DNA from: Chiloscyllium plagiosum
Taxonomy: Eukaryota
DNA: 61,472 bases
Direction: 5' to 3'
Assembly: GCF_004010195.1 (NCBI RefSeq)
Contig: NC_057718.1
Span: 53,491,413 to 53,552,884 of the forward strand
The notes under the pieces were generated by a model. It searched no databases. It was not told the DNA's origin and was given only the letters and a program-made list of their open reading frames with translations. Shown piece by piece: positions 23,940 to 37,020 of the stretch. The position numbers and the translations under genes were made by a program. Position 1 is the stretch's first letter. Each line of letters starts with the position of its first letter.

Positions 23940-26850
23940 TAGTAAGAAAGCAAGTTAGATTGAAGAATCAAGATGAAGATTGGTGTAGGTGGAGCTGTCA
24001 AACAGCAAGGGGGAGTAAACTTTGGTTGGAGTTATTTATAGAATACCAATCTGTGGTACTAATATTGTGCACACTACAAATCGGGAAATTCAAGATGCAT
24101 GTAATGTGACCAATAGATAATAATTCAATTATTTCAATTTGCATTTACAGTGGATTAACCAAGTTAGCACCACCGATGTGAAGGATAAATTCTGGTATGT
24201 ATATGAATTACATTTCTTTAACAGTATGTTGTGGAGTTAACTAGGGATCAGACAATTTTGGAATTAATGTTGTGTGGTGAGAAATAATTAATTAATAAGC
24301 TTGCTCTAAAGGAGGCTTTGGAAAATTGTGATCATAATATGGTAGAATTCTTCATGACGTTTAAATGGGACAGTTAATTTTGAAACTAGAATCCTAAAAT
24401 CTGAGCAAAGGAAACTATGAGGGTATAAAAGGCATATGGAAATCGTAGAATGGACAAATACACAAAAGGGTTTGACTGTAGACCCACATTAGCTAACTTT
24501 TAAAGAAATTTGAAAAAGGTTTGCAAACAGCTGTGCATTCCTTTAAGGCACAAACATCCATAGGGAAAGATGAATCAATAAATGGTTAATAAAAGAAGTT
24601 AAATATCACACTGGATCAAAGGAATTGTTTTATAAGAATGTTGGGTAGACCTAAGCAAAAAAGCAGAACCAATACACTGATAAGGAAAAGGAAGAGAAAA
24701 TGAATACAAGCTATCGAGAAACATAAAACAGGATTATCCAGGCTTCTATCGATATGTGAAAGAAAAACATATTGCAAAAATAAATGTAGGCCTATCACTT
24801 ATTGTACAAGAGAATTTAGGGGAACAGGGAAACTGTGAAGAAACTAAAGTTACTATGCATCTGCCTATACGGAAGAGGATACAGAAAATCTCCCAGAAAT
24901 ATTAAGTGTCAAAGGTTTTGTGTAACTCAAGAGCTGAAACAAATTTGTAAGTGGTAGTACTTAAAAAGGGTTTACGGGTCAATATATCTCTTAGACAAGA
25001 TGAACTTTATCCCAGAGTGTTGAAGAAAGATAAAGAATGTAGATGCATTTGTGGTTATTGTTCCTAATGCTATAGTTTTTGGAAAGGCTCCTGCTGACTT
25101 TAAGTTGGAAAATGCAACATCATTGTTCAAGAAGAGAGAAAGAGGAAGAGTGGAGAATTCTAGATCTGCTAGTTTGATATCAGTGTTATGGGAAATATTA
25201 GCATCCATTATAAAGGATCTGATAATGGCACATTTAGAAATGAATGGCAAACGGGGCAGAGTCAACACTGATTTATGAAAGAAAAATTACACTTCTCAAA
25301 TGTTTTGGAGTCTTTTGACGAGGTTCTTTATAGCATAGACAAAGAAGAACCAGTAGATGTGACTAATATGGATTTTAAGATTGCTTTTCATAAGATACCC
25401 CACAGGAGGTTAGTAAATAAAATTAGAAAACATTGGATTGGAAATAACACAATAGCATAGATTGAAAATGGGTTAATACACAGAAAGCAGAGAATAGGAC
25501 TTTTCTCAGGATGGCAGGCTGTTACTAGTGGGATATCACAAGGGTCTGTGCTAGTTCTACACCTGTTCACAATCTGTATTAATGATTTTCATGTGGGGAA
25601 TTACTGCAATATCTCCAAATATGTTGATAACACCAAATTGATTAGGAACATAAGTAGTGTGGACACTACAAGGACATTTCAAGAGGATTTTCACAGACTA
25701 TGTGAGTTGCCTACAACATGGCAGATGGAATGTAATATGAATAAGTGTGAAATTATTCACTTGGATAGTAAAAATAGATAGACAGAATATCTCTTAAATG
25801 GTGAGAGGTTGAGATTAGGTTAGATTAGATTACTTACAGTGTGGAAACAGGCCCTTCAGCCCAACAAGTCCACACTGACCCTCCGAAGAGCAACCCACCC
25901 AAATCCATTCCCCTACATTTGCCCCTTCACCTAACACTACGGGTAATTTAGCATGGCCAATCCACCTGACCTGCACATTTTTGGACTGTGGGAGGAACCG
26001 GAGGACCTGGAGGAAACCCACGCAGACACGGGGAGAACGTGCAAACTCCACACAGACAGTTGCCTGATGCGGGAATTGAACCCAGGTCTCTGGCGCTGTG
26101 AAGCAGCAGTGGCACCGTGTTGTGACAATAAAGCTGTGACAATTCAATTCAAGTGTGCATGTCAAAACGGACTTGAATGTCCTTGTCCATGATTCACTAA
26201 AGACTGGCATTCAGATACAGCAAGCAATTTGGATGATAAATAGCATTCATTTAAAGAGGATTTGAATCCAGAAGCAAAGATGTCATGTGGCAGTTGTAAT
26301 AAACCTTGGTGAGATCGTATTTGGTTCATTGTGTATAGTTTTGGTCTCCTTAGCTAAGGACAAATGTATTTGCCATAGAACCATACAAAACCATTTTCAC
26401 CTGATTAATCCCTGAGTTAACAAGATTATTACATGAACAGAGATTGAGGACCTGCATCAGTATTTCCTAAAGTTTTGAAGAATGATAGGTAATTTCATTG
26501 TAAGAATTGCTCCATAGTGTGACAAGGTGGATATAGCTGGGATGTTTCCCCGGGCTGGTGAATCTAGTACACAGAGATTTAATCTGAGGATAAGGGGTAA
26601 AGATTGAGATGAGGAGAATTCCATTTAAGATTGAGATGAGGAGAAATTTATTCGCTCAGAGTGAGTGATCTTTGGAATTCTCTATCCTAGAGGGCTATGG
26701 AAGCTCAATCATGAGCATGTGCGAGACAGAAATCAATAGGCCTCTGTAAACTAATGGTATCAAGGGGTAGTACAAGGAATTGGTATTGAGGAGATGATCA
26801 GGTATGATCTAGAATAGTGGGCAAGCTTGATGAGCTTAATAACCTCCTAC
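23940..26850 (+). mobile_element. Decayed CR1 LINE ORF2 (endonuclease to 3' end)
   Basis: Relics include ENATSLFKK..R..ENSRSASLISV, MDFKIAFHKIPHRRL, SGISQGSVL, SKYVDNTK and WQMECNMNKCE. Contains an HE1 insertion. Confidence 0.88.
25813..26119 (-). mobile_element. HE1-type V-SINE inserted in CR1
   Basis: Reverse complement of 10915-11240, with (TTAGA)n at the left end and a small deletion in the head. Confidence 0.95.
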
Positions 26851-28169
26851 ATTTTGAGGGTTTCTACAATGAGTGAATGCTGATCATCTCACTCATAGCA
26901 ATGTAAAGACACAGTGCAGATCATGTTCTTCTGACAGAATTTAATCTGGGTAATGGGGTTTTCACCCCCATGCAAAAACCCTGCCCCATGACTTCTGGGA
27001 AAGGATTAAGGGAAGGGTTACTTGCCTACAGCTAGTCACTGAATTGGCCAGTGGCAGGCTTTCCCCAGAAAAATGGGCAGACATTGAAATGTATCTGTCT
27101 AATATCTGCCCATTCTGCAAACTATAAATGTCCTCCTGCAGTCTTTTAATATTTGTCACAGTTTCTATTCCTTCATTTAATGGATGAAAAGTCACACAAA
27201 GCAAATCCACTGTTATAATATGAATCCTGGTAAGTACTGATTACCATCAATTGGATTAATAAACAAAATCACCCTTTGTTTCAGGTAGGCATCAGACGTT
27301 AATGTCTTTGTATTAAAAGAGGTTAAATTAGTTTTTTTTAGGACTGACATGCATGTCTCAGTCTGACTAATATTAACAACAGATTTTACTATGTTTTAGA
27401 ATAATGAAATATAATAAATTCCTTTAAATATGAAGACTATTACTCTCATTCAGTTTCACATATTATCTTAAAATATTGTCAACATTATGGCAGTAATATG
27501 TAACCACAATATTGAGTCCAGACCAAGGAACTGTGTCACTTTTATAATCAGAATGTTTGTTATTTCTTTAAGCATTTTGTATTTGCATTACCTTACTTAT
27601 ATTATACACCAAAATTTAATTTAAAAACAATGAACATAACACTTATGAAGATATATTTGAATTCTGTGGCAACAAATACATTGGGTATTGTAAAAAAAAT
27701 TACTAAATTTTAATTCATAATGAAGAGAATATGGAACATTGTGCTGGGTAGCCGATTATAGTGAAGCCATTGATTTGCAAACGTTATGTTTCAACATTTG
27801 CAAATGTTTACTTTGAATGTGTTTTATTATAGAAAATTTGCATTATTTTATGTGATGGTGAATATTACATGAGAGAAGTAGAAAAGAAATGTCAGCTGCC
27901 AGTCATCTTTCATGAACTTCAGTGCAACGACAAGATTACATATTGCTTTTGCTAATAAAATTTATTTTTCAAAAACTTTTCTCTTGTTGAATACTTACCA
28001 GGCAGTTTAGAAACTAACATCATAATTCTAACAAGAACATTTGCTGGATAAATATGAACCATTTGCAGAAAGCAGAAAAATGTCAGATATATGTAAGGTT
28101 AGGAGGAGGAGAAATTGTTATATTTCAAAATCAAGTTTGAGAGAGCATAACACAACATCCCCAAGTGCA

Positions 28170-28254
28170 TGATTTGGAGATGCCAGTGTGGGACTGGGGT
28201 GTACAAAGTTAAAAATCACCTGATGAAGGAGCAGCGCTCCGAAAGCTAGTGCTT
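28170..28254. mobile_element. Short PLE-type pseudo-LTR insertion (third family)
   Basis: Contains an intact hammerhead. Flanked by tccccaa(g/a)tgca at 28158-28169 and 28255-28266. Confidence 0.7.
28217..28251 (+). ncRNA. Minimal type-I hammerhead ribozyme motif
   Basis: cac-CTGATGA-a-ggagc-agc-gctcc-GAAAG-CTA-gtg. Helix I is cac/gtg, helix II is 5 bp, palindromic agct is at helix III, and the cleavage triplet is CUA. Confidence 0.85.
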
Positions 28255-29584
28255 TCCCCAAATGCAAGCTTTCATTGGATTGATTGGACTGGTCCTTGAT
28301 ATTAAGATGAAACAATGTTTCCGAAAAAGCTGGCTTAAAAGTTATATTTATTTTTTAAAAGTTCACATCAACTTGAACTTTTGTGTCCAACATAAAATTT
28401 TCATTCCATTTTAAAGCCACTTGCAAACAAATAGAATTAAAATGATCATGGGCAATGTTTCCTGTGCCTCAGGAGTTTTGTCAGACTGTAAATATAAAAG
28501 GCGTCATTCCCGAGTGTCAAAAATGAATGCATTTTGTTGCAAACAGGTGAGGACACGTTAGAATGTTTCCCTCTTGCCCACTCCTCGTTTGCCTGCCACA
28601 GTTATTTTGTTTCAAGAAAGAGGATATTCTGGCCAATTTTGCAGGTGCCGAACTGTTTATGTGCTCACTGAAAGCGTAACAATTAGGTAGGTTCTTTTGA
28701 GCTTTTAAAAAAGAAAAATATTGTTTTGATTGTACTTTACCAGGTTTCAGAAAAATAATAAAATGCGCAAATGTTCATACACATACACAAATTCAGGTTT
28801 CAAAGTACAGAGATGGAAGTCAAAGGGGTGGATAAGTTAATCTTAAAGTCCAATAAGGATTCAGATTTGACAATTCTCAAAGGTTGATATGATCCAGCTG
28901 GGCTTGGTCATCCTCTGGCTTTTGCATTATAATTAGTTAAACTGTTAATGGACAAAGTATCTGTGTTTTTGGAGATAGCAGCTGCTGATGTACTTACTGT
29001 AAGAAGTTCTCCATTTACAGCATGTGGATAGTCCAAAACACAGACAGAATTCAAAATTTACAGAAATACGTGGTGAGAAAAAGAGAAACCCACACAGGAT
29101 CTTGTCTCTTGAGCATTCCTTCAGCTTCCAACCTGTGTTCTGCAGAGAGAAAAAAAAAGCTTCTTAAACACAGAGCCTTTAGCTAGCTTGTCTCATGGCA
29201 CTCCCTCTCCAACTAACCAGTTACTCTAAATGTTGTTGTGATGTATGAATTTTAAGTCCTTCAAATGATTCCTTCAAGGGAGTTCCTGATGAGAAAGAAA
29301 GCTATTGAAATGAAGTCAGGCTTCGGAATATTTTGCAACACAAATTTTTAACTGCAATTAGTAGAAGCCATGATTTCAAATGATAGGAATATGGCTTCAG
29401 TCTTTTTATGAATCGATCCATAATGTCTTTCTTTATGTGTAAAGCAATATGTAAAAATATATAATGAGACATACATGATCATTGAAAATATATAATGAAA
29501 TGTGAAACTAAAGCAGAAATGATGGAAATACAAGAATATCTCAAAGGAAGAAACTGGCTACGTATTATATATAAACCTTTTATC

Positions 29585-29743
29585 TTCTCCTGCTGAACAC
29601 TCTCTGCTCATTCCTGAAGAAGGGCCTGTGCCCGAAACGTCGAATCTCCTGTTCCCTGGATGCTGCCTGACCTGCTGTGCTGTTCCAGCAATAAAGTTTC
29701 AACTTTGATCTCCAGCATCTGCAGACCTCACTTTCTCCTCGAA
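29585..29743 (+). mobile_element. Solo PLE pseudo-LTR flanked by a 59-bp direct duplication
   Basis: Identical 59-mers at 29526-29584 and 29744-29802. Confidence 0.93.
29610..29645 (+). ncRNA. Minimal type-I hammerhead ribozyme motif
   Basis: attc-CTGAAGA-a-gggc-ctgt-gccc-GAAAC-GTC-gaat. Helix I is attc/gaat, helix II is 4 bp, palindromic acgt is at helix III, and the triplet is GUC. Confidence 0.85.
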
Positions 29744-30772
29744 AAATACAAGAATATCTCAAAGGAAGAAACTGGCTACGTATTATATATAAACCTTTTA
29801 TCAAGTTAAATTGTTTTTTCAGACACTGATGGACATATTTTGTCACCAATGTATTATTCTAACATCATAACTTGAACTGTGTCCCATTGCCCAGTTGAAA
29901 TTCTGAGTGCCAGTTTATAAAACATGGGCAATTCAGCAGTGAGGAAAGCTTTCCATCTACAGTCAGCAAGCAATGCAGCAGGTACAGGTAAGCAGTACGA
30001 GTGAACCCTGGTCAAACATCGAAACTCTAAATCATAGCCACAACATTTTCCGCAATCCATTTCCATTGACATTAGACTTGAAGGTGACAGGGTGTGCTTA
30101 AATTAATATTTCATTTTAAAAAAAATGTTTAAGACCTTAATTTCACTTCATTCGTGTGTGTGTGTCACCATTGTTCATTGTAAAGAGCTAAGTCAGAGAG
30201 CTAAATGTGTTGGCCACCTCATGGTTGACAAGCATTGATGGTTACACAGGAGTGATGAACAGTTATTGGATAAGAAACAATGTTATGTTTTTTTTATTGA
30301 CATATTATTGAATTAGTATGGCAAAACATCTACTGCTGTACTCACTTTATGTGGGACGTGGCTGAACTTACAGCTTTAGAAAGCCCTAACGTTAATGTAT
30401 TGTAAAGGAATTTGTCTATGATCATTCACATGAGGAATAACTAAAACACTGCAGATTAACTTGAAACCCTGGACTCTGTCAGCCAACACCCGGAGGTGAA
30501 TTCACATTTGGACAGTAATGACACTGTCCTTTAGCCCTTGATTTTACTGTTCTAATCATCCCCACCAGGCCCAAGACACCAGACGTTTCGTACTTCACCC
30601 CTCCATAATGCTAATCCCACCATATATTTAATTAAATTGAAACAAGTTTCAAGTTAATGAAAATTCATGGCATACAATGGTATTTCATGCCACAAGCCCA
30701 CCAAAATCTGTTGGAATGATTGATGTGCTTTGAACCGGCTGCTGATTTTATCACTTCATCTCAACAAACCAT

Positions 30773-30963
30773 CAGGTTAGATGGATTGGCCATGCTAAGT
30801 TGCCCATTGTGTCCAGGGATGTGCAGGCTGGGTGGATCAGCCATGGTAAATGCAGAGTTACAGGGATAGTGTAGGGGTGTGGATTTGGAGGGATGTTCTT
30901 CAGAGGGTCGGTGTGGACTCGATGGGGAAAATGGTCTGCTTCCACATTGTAGGAAATTTATGA
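30773..30963 (+). mobile_element. Older HE1-type SINE 3' part
   Basis: ggattggccatgctaagttgccc...cagagggtcggtgtggactcgatggg...ttccacattgtagg. Confidence 0.8.
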
Positions 30964-31515
30964 CTTTGCTAATTCTATCAATCAAAACTTCGCACCCTAC
31001 CTAATTAATTCAGTCCACACACCATGTTTTCTGTGGTGCACAGAATTCCTCACCAAATTGTGTCAGTTAAGCATTTTCTATTTATACTCCAGCTTTCCTG
31101 CATTACCAGTTTCTTTTTATCTCTCTTTATAAGTGAGTATTCTTCTGTGAAGATGCCAACATGTGCAGCTCAGTTCATCATTGTTCCTGATGTAGCACTC
31201 ACCAATGCTGGCACTAACCCAAAAAACGAACATGAGAAATTGTGCTGGCTGTGACAATTATTGCCGCCAATGGCTCAGTCAGCGAGATACCAGAAAACTT
31301 TATTTTGGGAGCTGTTTTCTAATTTGGCACTATAAATTACATCCAGATTGTTCTACCATTGGTTCCACACATGCTCTATCAGTGCATGCCCACTTAACTA
31401 TCTAGTGCCTTCACCTTGACTTGGAATTTAAATTACAGAGATCAATAAATATTGCAAATTGTACAAAGTGAACAGCATGGTTATACTTACACTTAATACA
31501 TGGAAACTGAAGAGG

Positions 31516-32521
31516 GAGGCAATGGGAGCCTCGTGGTATCATTGCTAAACTATTAATCCAGAAACTCAGGTTCTTGGGAACCCTGGCTGAATTCAATATT
31601 TAAAAAATCTGGAATTAAGAATCTGATCATTATGAAGCCATTGTTGATTATGGCTCATTCATGACTTCAGGGTAGGAAATGTGCCAGGCTCACCAGGTCT
31701 GGCCGACATGCGACTCCAGATCTACAGCAATGTAGTTTACTCTCAATTGTCCCCGAAATGCCATAGCAAGCCATTCAGTTGTACCAATTGCTACAAAGTC
31801 ACGATGAAATGAAACCAGATGGATTGCCCGGCATTGACCTAGGCACCGGAAAAGACAATGGCAGAAACAGACCTGTTGATCCTGCAAAGTCCTCCTTACT
31901 AACATCTGGGGGCTAGTGCCAAAATTGGGAGAGCTATCTCAAAGAACAATTGAGTCATACTCACAGAATCTTATCTTACAGGCAATGTCCCAGAAATCTC
32001 CATGATCACCCTGGATATGTTCGGTCCCACCAACAGGACAGACCCACATGAGGGGTATACAGTCAGGATATAGCTGTCCTGGGAGTCCTCAACATTGACT
32101 CTGGACCCCATGAAGTCTCATAGCTTCAGATCAAATATGGGCAGGGAAACCTCCTGTTTGTTACCACGTACTGTCTTCGCTCGGCTGAGGAATTGGTTTA
32201 CCTCCATATCGAATAACATTTGGAGGAAGGATTGAGAGTGGCAAGGGCACAAATGTACTCTGGATGAATGTATTCAATGTCTATCAAGTATGGCTCAGCT
32301 GCAGTACTATTGATTGAGTTGGTTGAGTTATAAAGACCATAGTTGCTAGACCAAGGCTGCACCAAATGGTGAGGGAACCAACAAGAGGAAAAAACATACT
32401 TGACCTCTTCCTTACCAATGTGGCAGCTGCAGATGCATTTATTCATGAACAGTATCAGTAATCATACCACCGCACAATTCTTGAGAATATCCTCCATTGT
32501 ATTATGTGATACTATTGCCGT
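31516..32521 (+). mobile_element. CR1/L2-group LINE, 5' part (SINE-like head plus APE endonuclease)
   Basis: NIWGLVPKLGELS (~31901), VILTESYL and QDRPT*GG are APE motifs. The element continues after the Gypsy insertion. Confidence 0.75.
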
Positions 32522-35500
32522 TGTTATGGACCAGACTGGAGCCCCCTCAAAGCATTTCAAGAAATTAGCCTAGACCTTATCTTTGCTAGTTGTTTTAAGC
32601 AGGTGTACTGCAAATATTCCAGGAGTGATGCAGCTGGGTAAACCACTTAGTTTTAAACAAAACAGAATTAATTTACAAGATAACTGAATGAAACCCAAAC
32701 AAAAGAGAACAAAATATAGAATAACTGAACCTATCTAAAAACCCAACAGATTATCCCAATGTAATGATGCTGTTCCAAATACTTACAATAATCCCCTTAA
32801 ACGCCCCTTGACACAAAAGATAAAATCAAACACAGGGCCTTACAGAAGAGACTGCTGTAATCCAAACCAAATCAGAAGAAAATCCAATTTGGGAGAACTG
32901 GCCACTTCCCTTTCATTGTATCAGTCATTTTTTTTAAACTTGAAAGCGTTTTGCCTGAGGGCGTATCTATTTGCTGTAATCAAACTGGCCCGAAAAACCT
33001 TCAAACCACGACCTTTCGGAATTGCAGCTTTTACGACCCCTGAGAAAAAGAAATCAAGGACAGAAATCAAAGACCACCCCTTTTAAAAAAAAAACCCATC
33101 AATATCCAAAGATGGCTTCATTTTAAAACCCCCTAATCCTTTCGGAATTGCAGCTTTTACGACCCCTGAGAAAAAGAAATCAAGGACAGAAATCAAAGAC
33201 CACTCCTTTTAAAAAAAACCCATCAATATCCAAAGATGGCTTCATTTTAAAACCCCCTAATCTTAAACTGATAGTATTCTACAACACGCACACAGATACA
33301 TTACATTGACAATAATCATGCAAACGTGCACTACCACTTTTTGTTTCAGTCTGTTTTGCTCCTGCCACCAAATGCCTCCATTTCTCATTCAAGCCTCGAC
33401 AATGTGTCTGCAATCAGGTTTTCTCCTTCTGCCACCTACACAATTTTCAACTTGAATGGCTGTAACAACAAGCTCCATCGAAACAGTCTGGCAGTTTTGT
33501 CCTTAAGTTTCTCCACAAATGCCAATGGATTATGATCAGTGTATATGATTGCCCCATATACATTACTAGTAACATAAACATTGAAATGTTGCAATGCCAA
33601 CACCAAACTCAAAGTCTCCTTCTCAACTGTCAAATATTTCTGCTGATGAATGTTCAATTTCCTGGAGAAATACCCAATAGGTTGTTCTATCTTCTCACCA
33701 CCTTCCTAGAAAAGCAAAGCACTGACACCACATCACTTGCATCAATAGTCACCTTTAATAGCTTTGAGTAATTATGTGTGGCTAATACTGGGGCATTGGT
33801 TAACACAGCTTTCAGGCTGTCAAATGCTTTCTAACGGTCCACTGTCCAGTGTCTACTAAAATATCTTGCCTTTCTTTTGCAATTCAGTGAGTGGAATAGC
33901 CACACTGCTAAAAGTTGGTACAAATTTTCAATAAAATCCACTCAAATCCAGAAATCGTAGTACTGCTCTTTTTGTCGATGGTATGGGAAATCCCCCAATT
34001 ACTTTTGTTTTTCCATCCTGTGGGCCACTTGTCCATGTCCAATAACATGGCCCAGGAAGGTTACATAGGCTTTGGCAAATTCATTTTTAGCCAGGGTTAC
34101 CACAAAGCCTGCCTCCTGAAGTTGACTGAATAATTCTGATAATTGTTGCAAATGTTCACTCCACGTGTGACAAAACAAAAATCACCAGATCATCAATATA
34201 AATTACAAATTGGATAATCTAATAATGACCTTATTGTGTTAGTCTTTGAAATGTGGCTAGCGCATTTTTCATACCAAACGACATGACTTTAAACTGATAC
34301 AGTTTATTCGGCGTAATGAAAGCCAAAATTGCTTTCACTCTTTCAGGCAAAGGTACTTGCCAGTATCCTTTGATTAAATCAAACCTAGAAATATCCGATG
34401 CTTGTCCCACCTTTTCAATCCAGTCTTCCAAACACAGAATCAGATATGCATTAGTCTTTGTAACGGCATTGACTTTGCGATAATCCACACAACTGTTCGG
34501 TACCATTTGGTTTTGGCACCATTACTATGGGTGAGCTCCAGCCACTGTAACCCATTTCGATTATGTCATCTTGGAGATTATGTTCAATCTCCTTTTGAAC
34601 ATCTGCCAACTTTAGAGGGTTATGCCTATGTCTACATCATGCATAGTTAGATTACTACTTCCCAGCTTATTTCCACATATCTCTCCATGCGATAACAGTA
34701 ACTCTTTCAGGTGATTTTGCTTTTCCTCAGGAAGGTAACTTAATGATTTATTTCAATTTTTGACAACTTTCTCATTCCTCAAATTGAATTGGACAATGTC
34801 CAATTCAGAATCCCATGAAGTTAGTTCTTCCCTCTGTGTTGAAACCAATAACACAGTCTCCGTGGGCTTTCCTTCTCTGTCAAAATTTGAGAGTATTCAC
34901 ATGACACACTGAGATTTCTTTCTGTATGGTGTCCTTATCAAATAGTTCACCTCACTCAATTTCCTTTCAACTTGATAAGGTCCACTAAATCTTGGTTTTT
35001 GAAGGTTCAACTATCACTGGAAGTAACAGTAACATCTTATCTCCAATAGCAAAATTACGAGTTTTTGATTTCTTGTCTCCTTCCTGTTTCATTATATGCT
35101 GTGATCCTTTTCATGGCTGTCTAGCCAACTCCCCTGCTCTACTTAATTGTTCCCTAAAATCTGATACATTGTCTAAATATGTGGTCTCTGAATTCTAACA
35201 TTCCAATTTCTCCTTAATTAATTTTAACGGTCCTCTCACTTCATGCCCAAAAACTAATTAAATGGACTGAATTTGGTCAACTCATTGGGTACATCTCTGA
35301 TGGCAGAAAGTACAAATGGAATTCCTTTATCCCAATCATCTGGATAGTCTTGATTATAAGCCCTCAACATGGTCTTTAGTGTCTGATGCTCTCTTTCTAA
35401 TGCTCCGTGATTCTGGATGGCATGCAATAGATTTGAATTGTTTTAATCTTAAACTGTCCATAACTCCCTTGAATAATTTTGATGTAAAGCTTGACCTTTG

Positions 35501-37020
35501 ATCTGATTGTACCGCTGTGGATAGTCCATATTTAGTCAAAAAATTAAGTTACTCCTCTACAATCCTTTTAGCTGTGGTATTGTGTAATGGAACAGCTTCT
35601 GGAAATCTAGTGGACACATCCGTTACTGTTTACAAGTACTGATTCCCACTTTTTGTTTTGGTTGGGGTCCTATGCAATCAATTAAGACTTATGTAAGGCC
35701 TACCTGAATTGGTATTAAAGGTGCAGGTTTTATTACTGCCTGTGGTTTTGCAATTACCTGACATGTAGGAAATGTCTGGCAAAATTCAACTATAGCCTTG
35801 AGCAGTCCAGGCCAATAAAACTGTTTTTGTATTTTAACGTGTTTTTCTCAACCCTAAATGATCTCCTAGTGGTAGCTTTTGCACTACCCACAACACCACC
35901 TTTCTATAACCCACTGGAAATATGATTTGATGAATGTCTGCCCATTTTTCATCTTCCTGAATATGTGATAGTCTCCATTTCCTTATTAAGACATCATTTT
36001 TAAAATCATAGCATTCAGGGACACATTCAGATTATTTTTCTGTATGCCTTTTGATACACTTGCTTTAAATTTTCATTTTTCTGTTTATCTGAGCTAAAGA
36101 TGTCTGCCTTGTCATCTACCTGCTCCTGGTTTGTCTCAACCATCTGATCAAACAGGGTCTCTGCTAAGTTTACTTTAACTTCCTTATCTATGGTCTTATC
36201 TTTGATCTCTCCTGTTTCAACTGGTGACTTTGTGACCTCAGTACCACACAGTCCAGAAAATTCCCAGGATATGTATCTTGCAATAGTTCAGTTGTCTGTG
36301 CTTCCACTGGCTTTTCAACCAGATTGGGAAGCACTCCTACTTGTGAACCAGATATTTTGTTAGCAAGGACAAATTGTATTCCTAGAGCTGAGAGTTTGTC
36401 TAATACTCCTCCATGACTTCTCTACTCTTCACTGAACACTCTAACCTCACTTTACATAATTGAGTACTTCTTGGCTCACCGTGAACTCCCTTTACTAGCA
36501 TCTCTTCTGGCAATAGTTCTTCAGAGATATATATCTCCGCATCTTTCAACACCAAAGATTGAGAGGATCCTGTATCTCATAATATTGTAACCTCTTTATC
36601 TGCTGCTCCTGGTCTATGTGAGTAAACTTTACCTTCACAGGCATATGGTTTAAAAAGATTTGGCACTTCCTCCTTAAACAACCTCCACCCAGGTTGTACT
36701 TTCAGGTGCAGCTTTCTAGCCTCTAATGTGCTTTCCGTTACCACTCCAACAAAGTTCACTGGCATATCCTGTTTCCTACATCTGGCTTCCCAGTGCTTTT
36801 CCCAACCCACCAACACAATAATTTCATGTGGCCTACTTCATTTCAGTGAAAACACTGGAGATTTTTGATTTCTCTTCCCCTTCAAGGGGAACTGGGCACT
36901 CGCCTTTCATTGTACAAGTGTTTTTTTTTAACTGGAAGGCCTCATGCCTAAGGCAGTTTTTGTTAGCTATAATCAAGGCCCTAAAACCCTTCAAACCTAG
37001 ACCTTTCGGCATCGCAGCTT
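32522..37020 (-). mobile_element. Decayed Gmr1-type Gypsy LTR retrotransposon (PR-IN-RT-RH order)
   Basis: Minus-strand order is protease VTIL*DTGSSQSL (~36570), integrase HLG/FYWPGL/DVSTRFPEAVP/QSDQ (35300-35880), RT VDYRKVN..DLIKGYWQVP..YIDDL (34180-34500), RNase H DASD/EKE/TDHNPL (33430-33750). The left LTR starts tgttatg, and a partial second LTR at about 36905-37020 matches 32911-33032. Confidence 0.9.
33012..33261. repeat. Tandem duplication of a 126-bp unit spanning the LTR/PPT junction
   Basis: 33012-33137 versus 33138-33261, differing by one substitution and a 2-nt shorter A run. Confidence 0.95.

Noticed and set aside
26600..26645. Duplicated aagattgagatgaggagaa
   Set aside because: A local slippage duplication within a dead CR1, with no wider significance.
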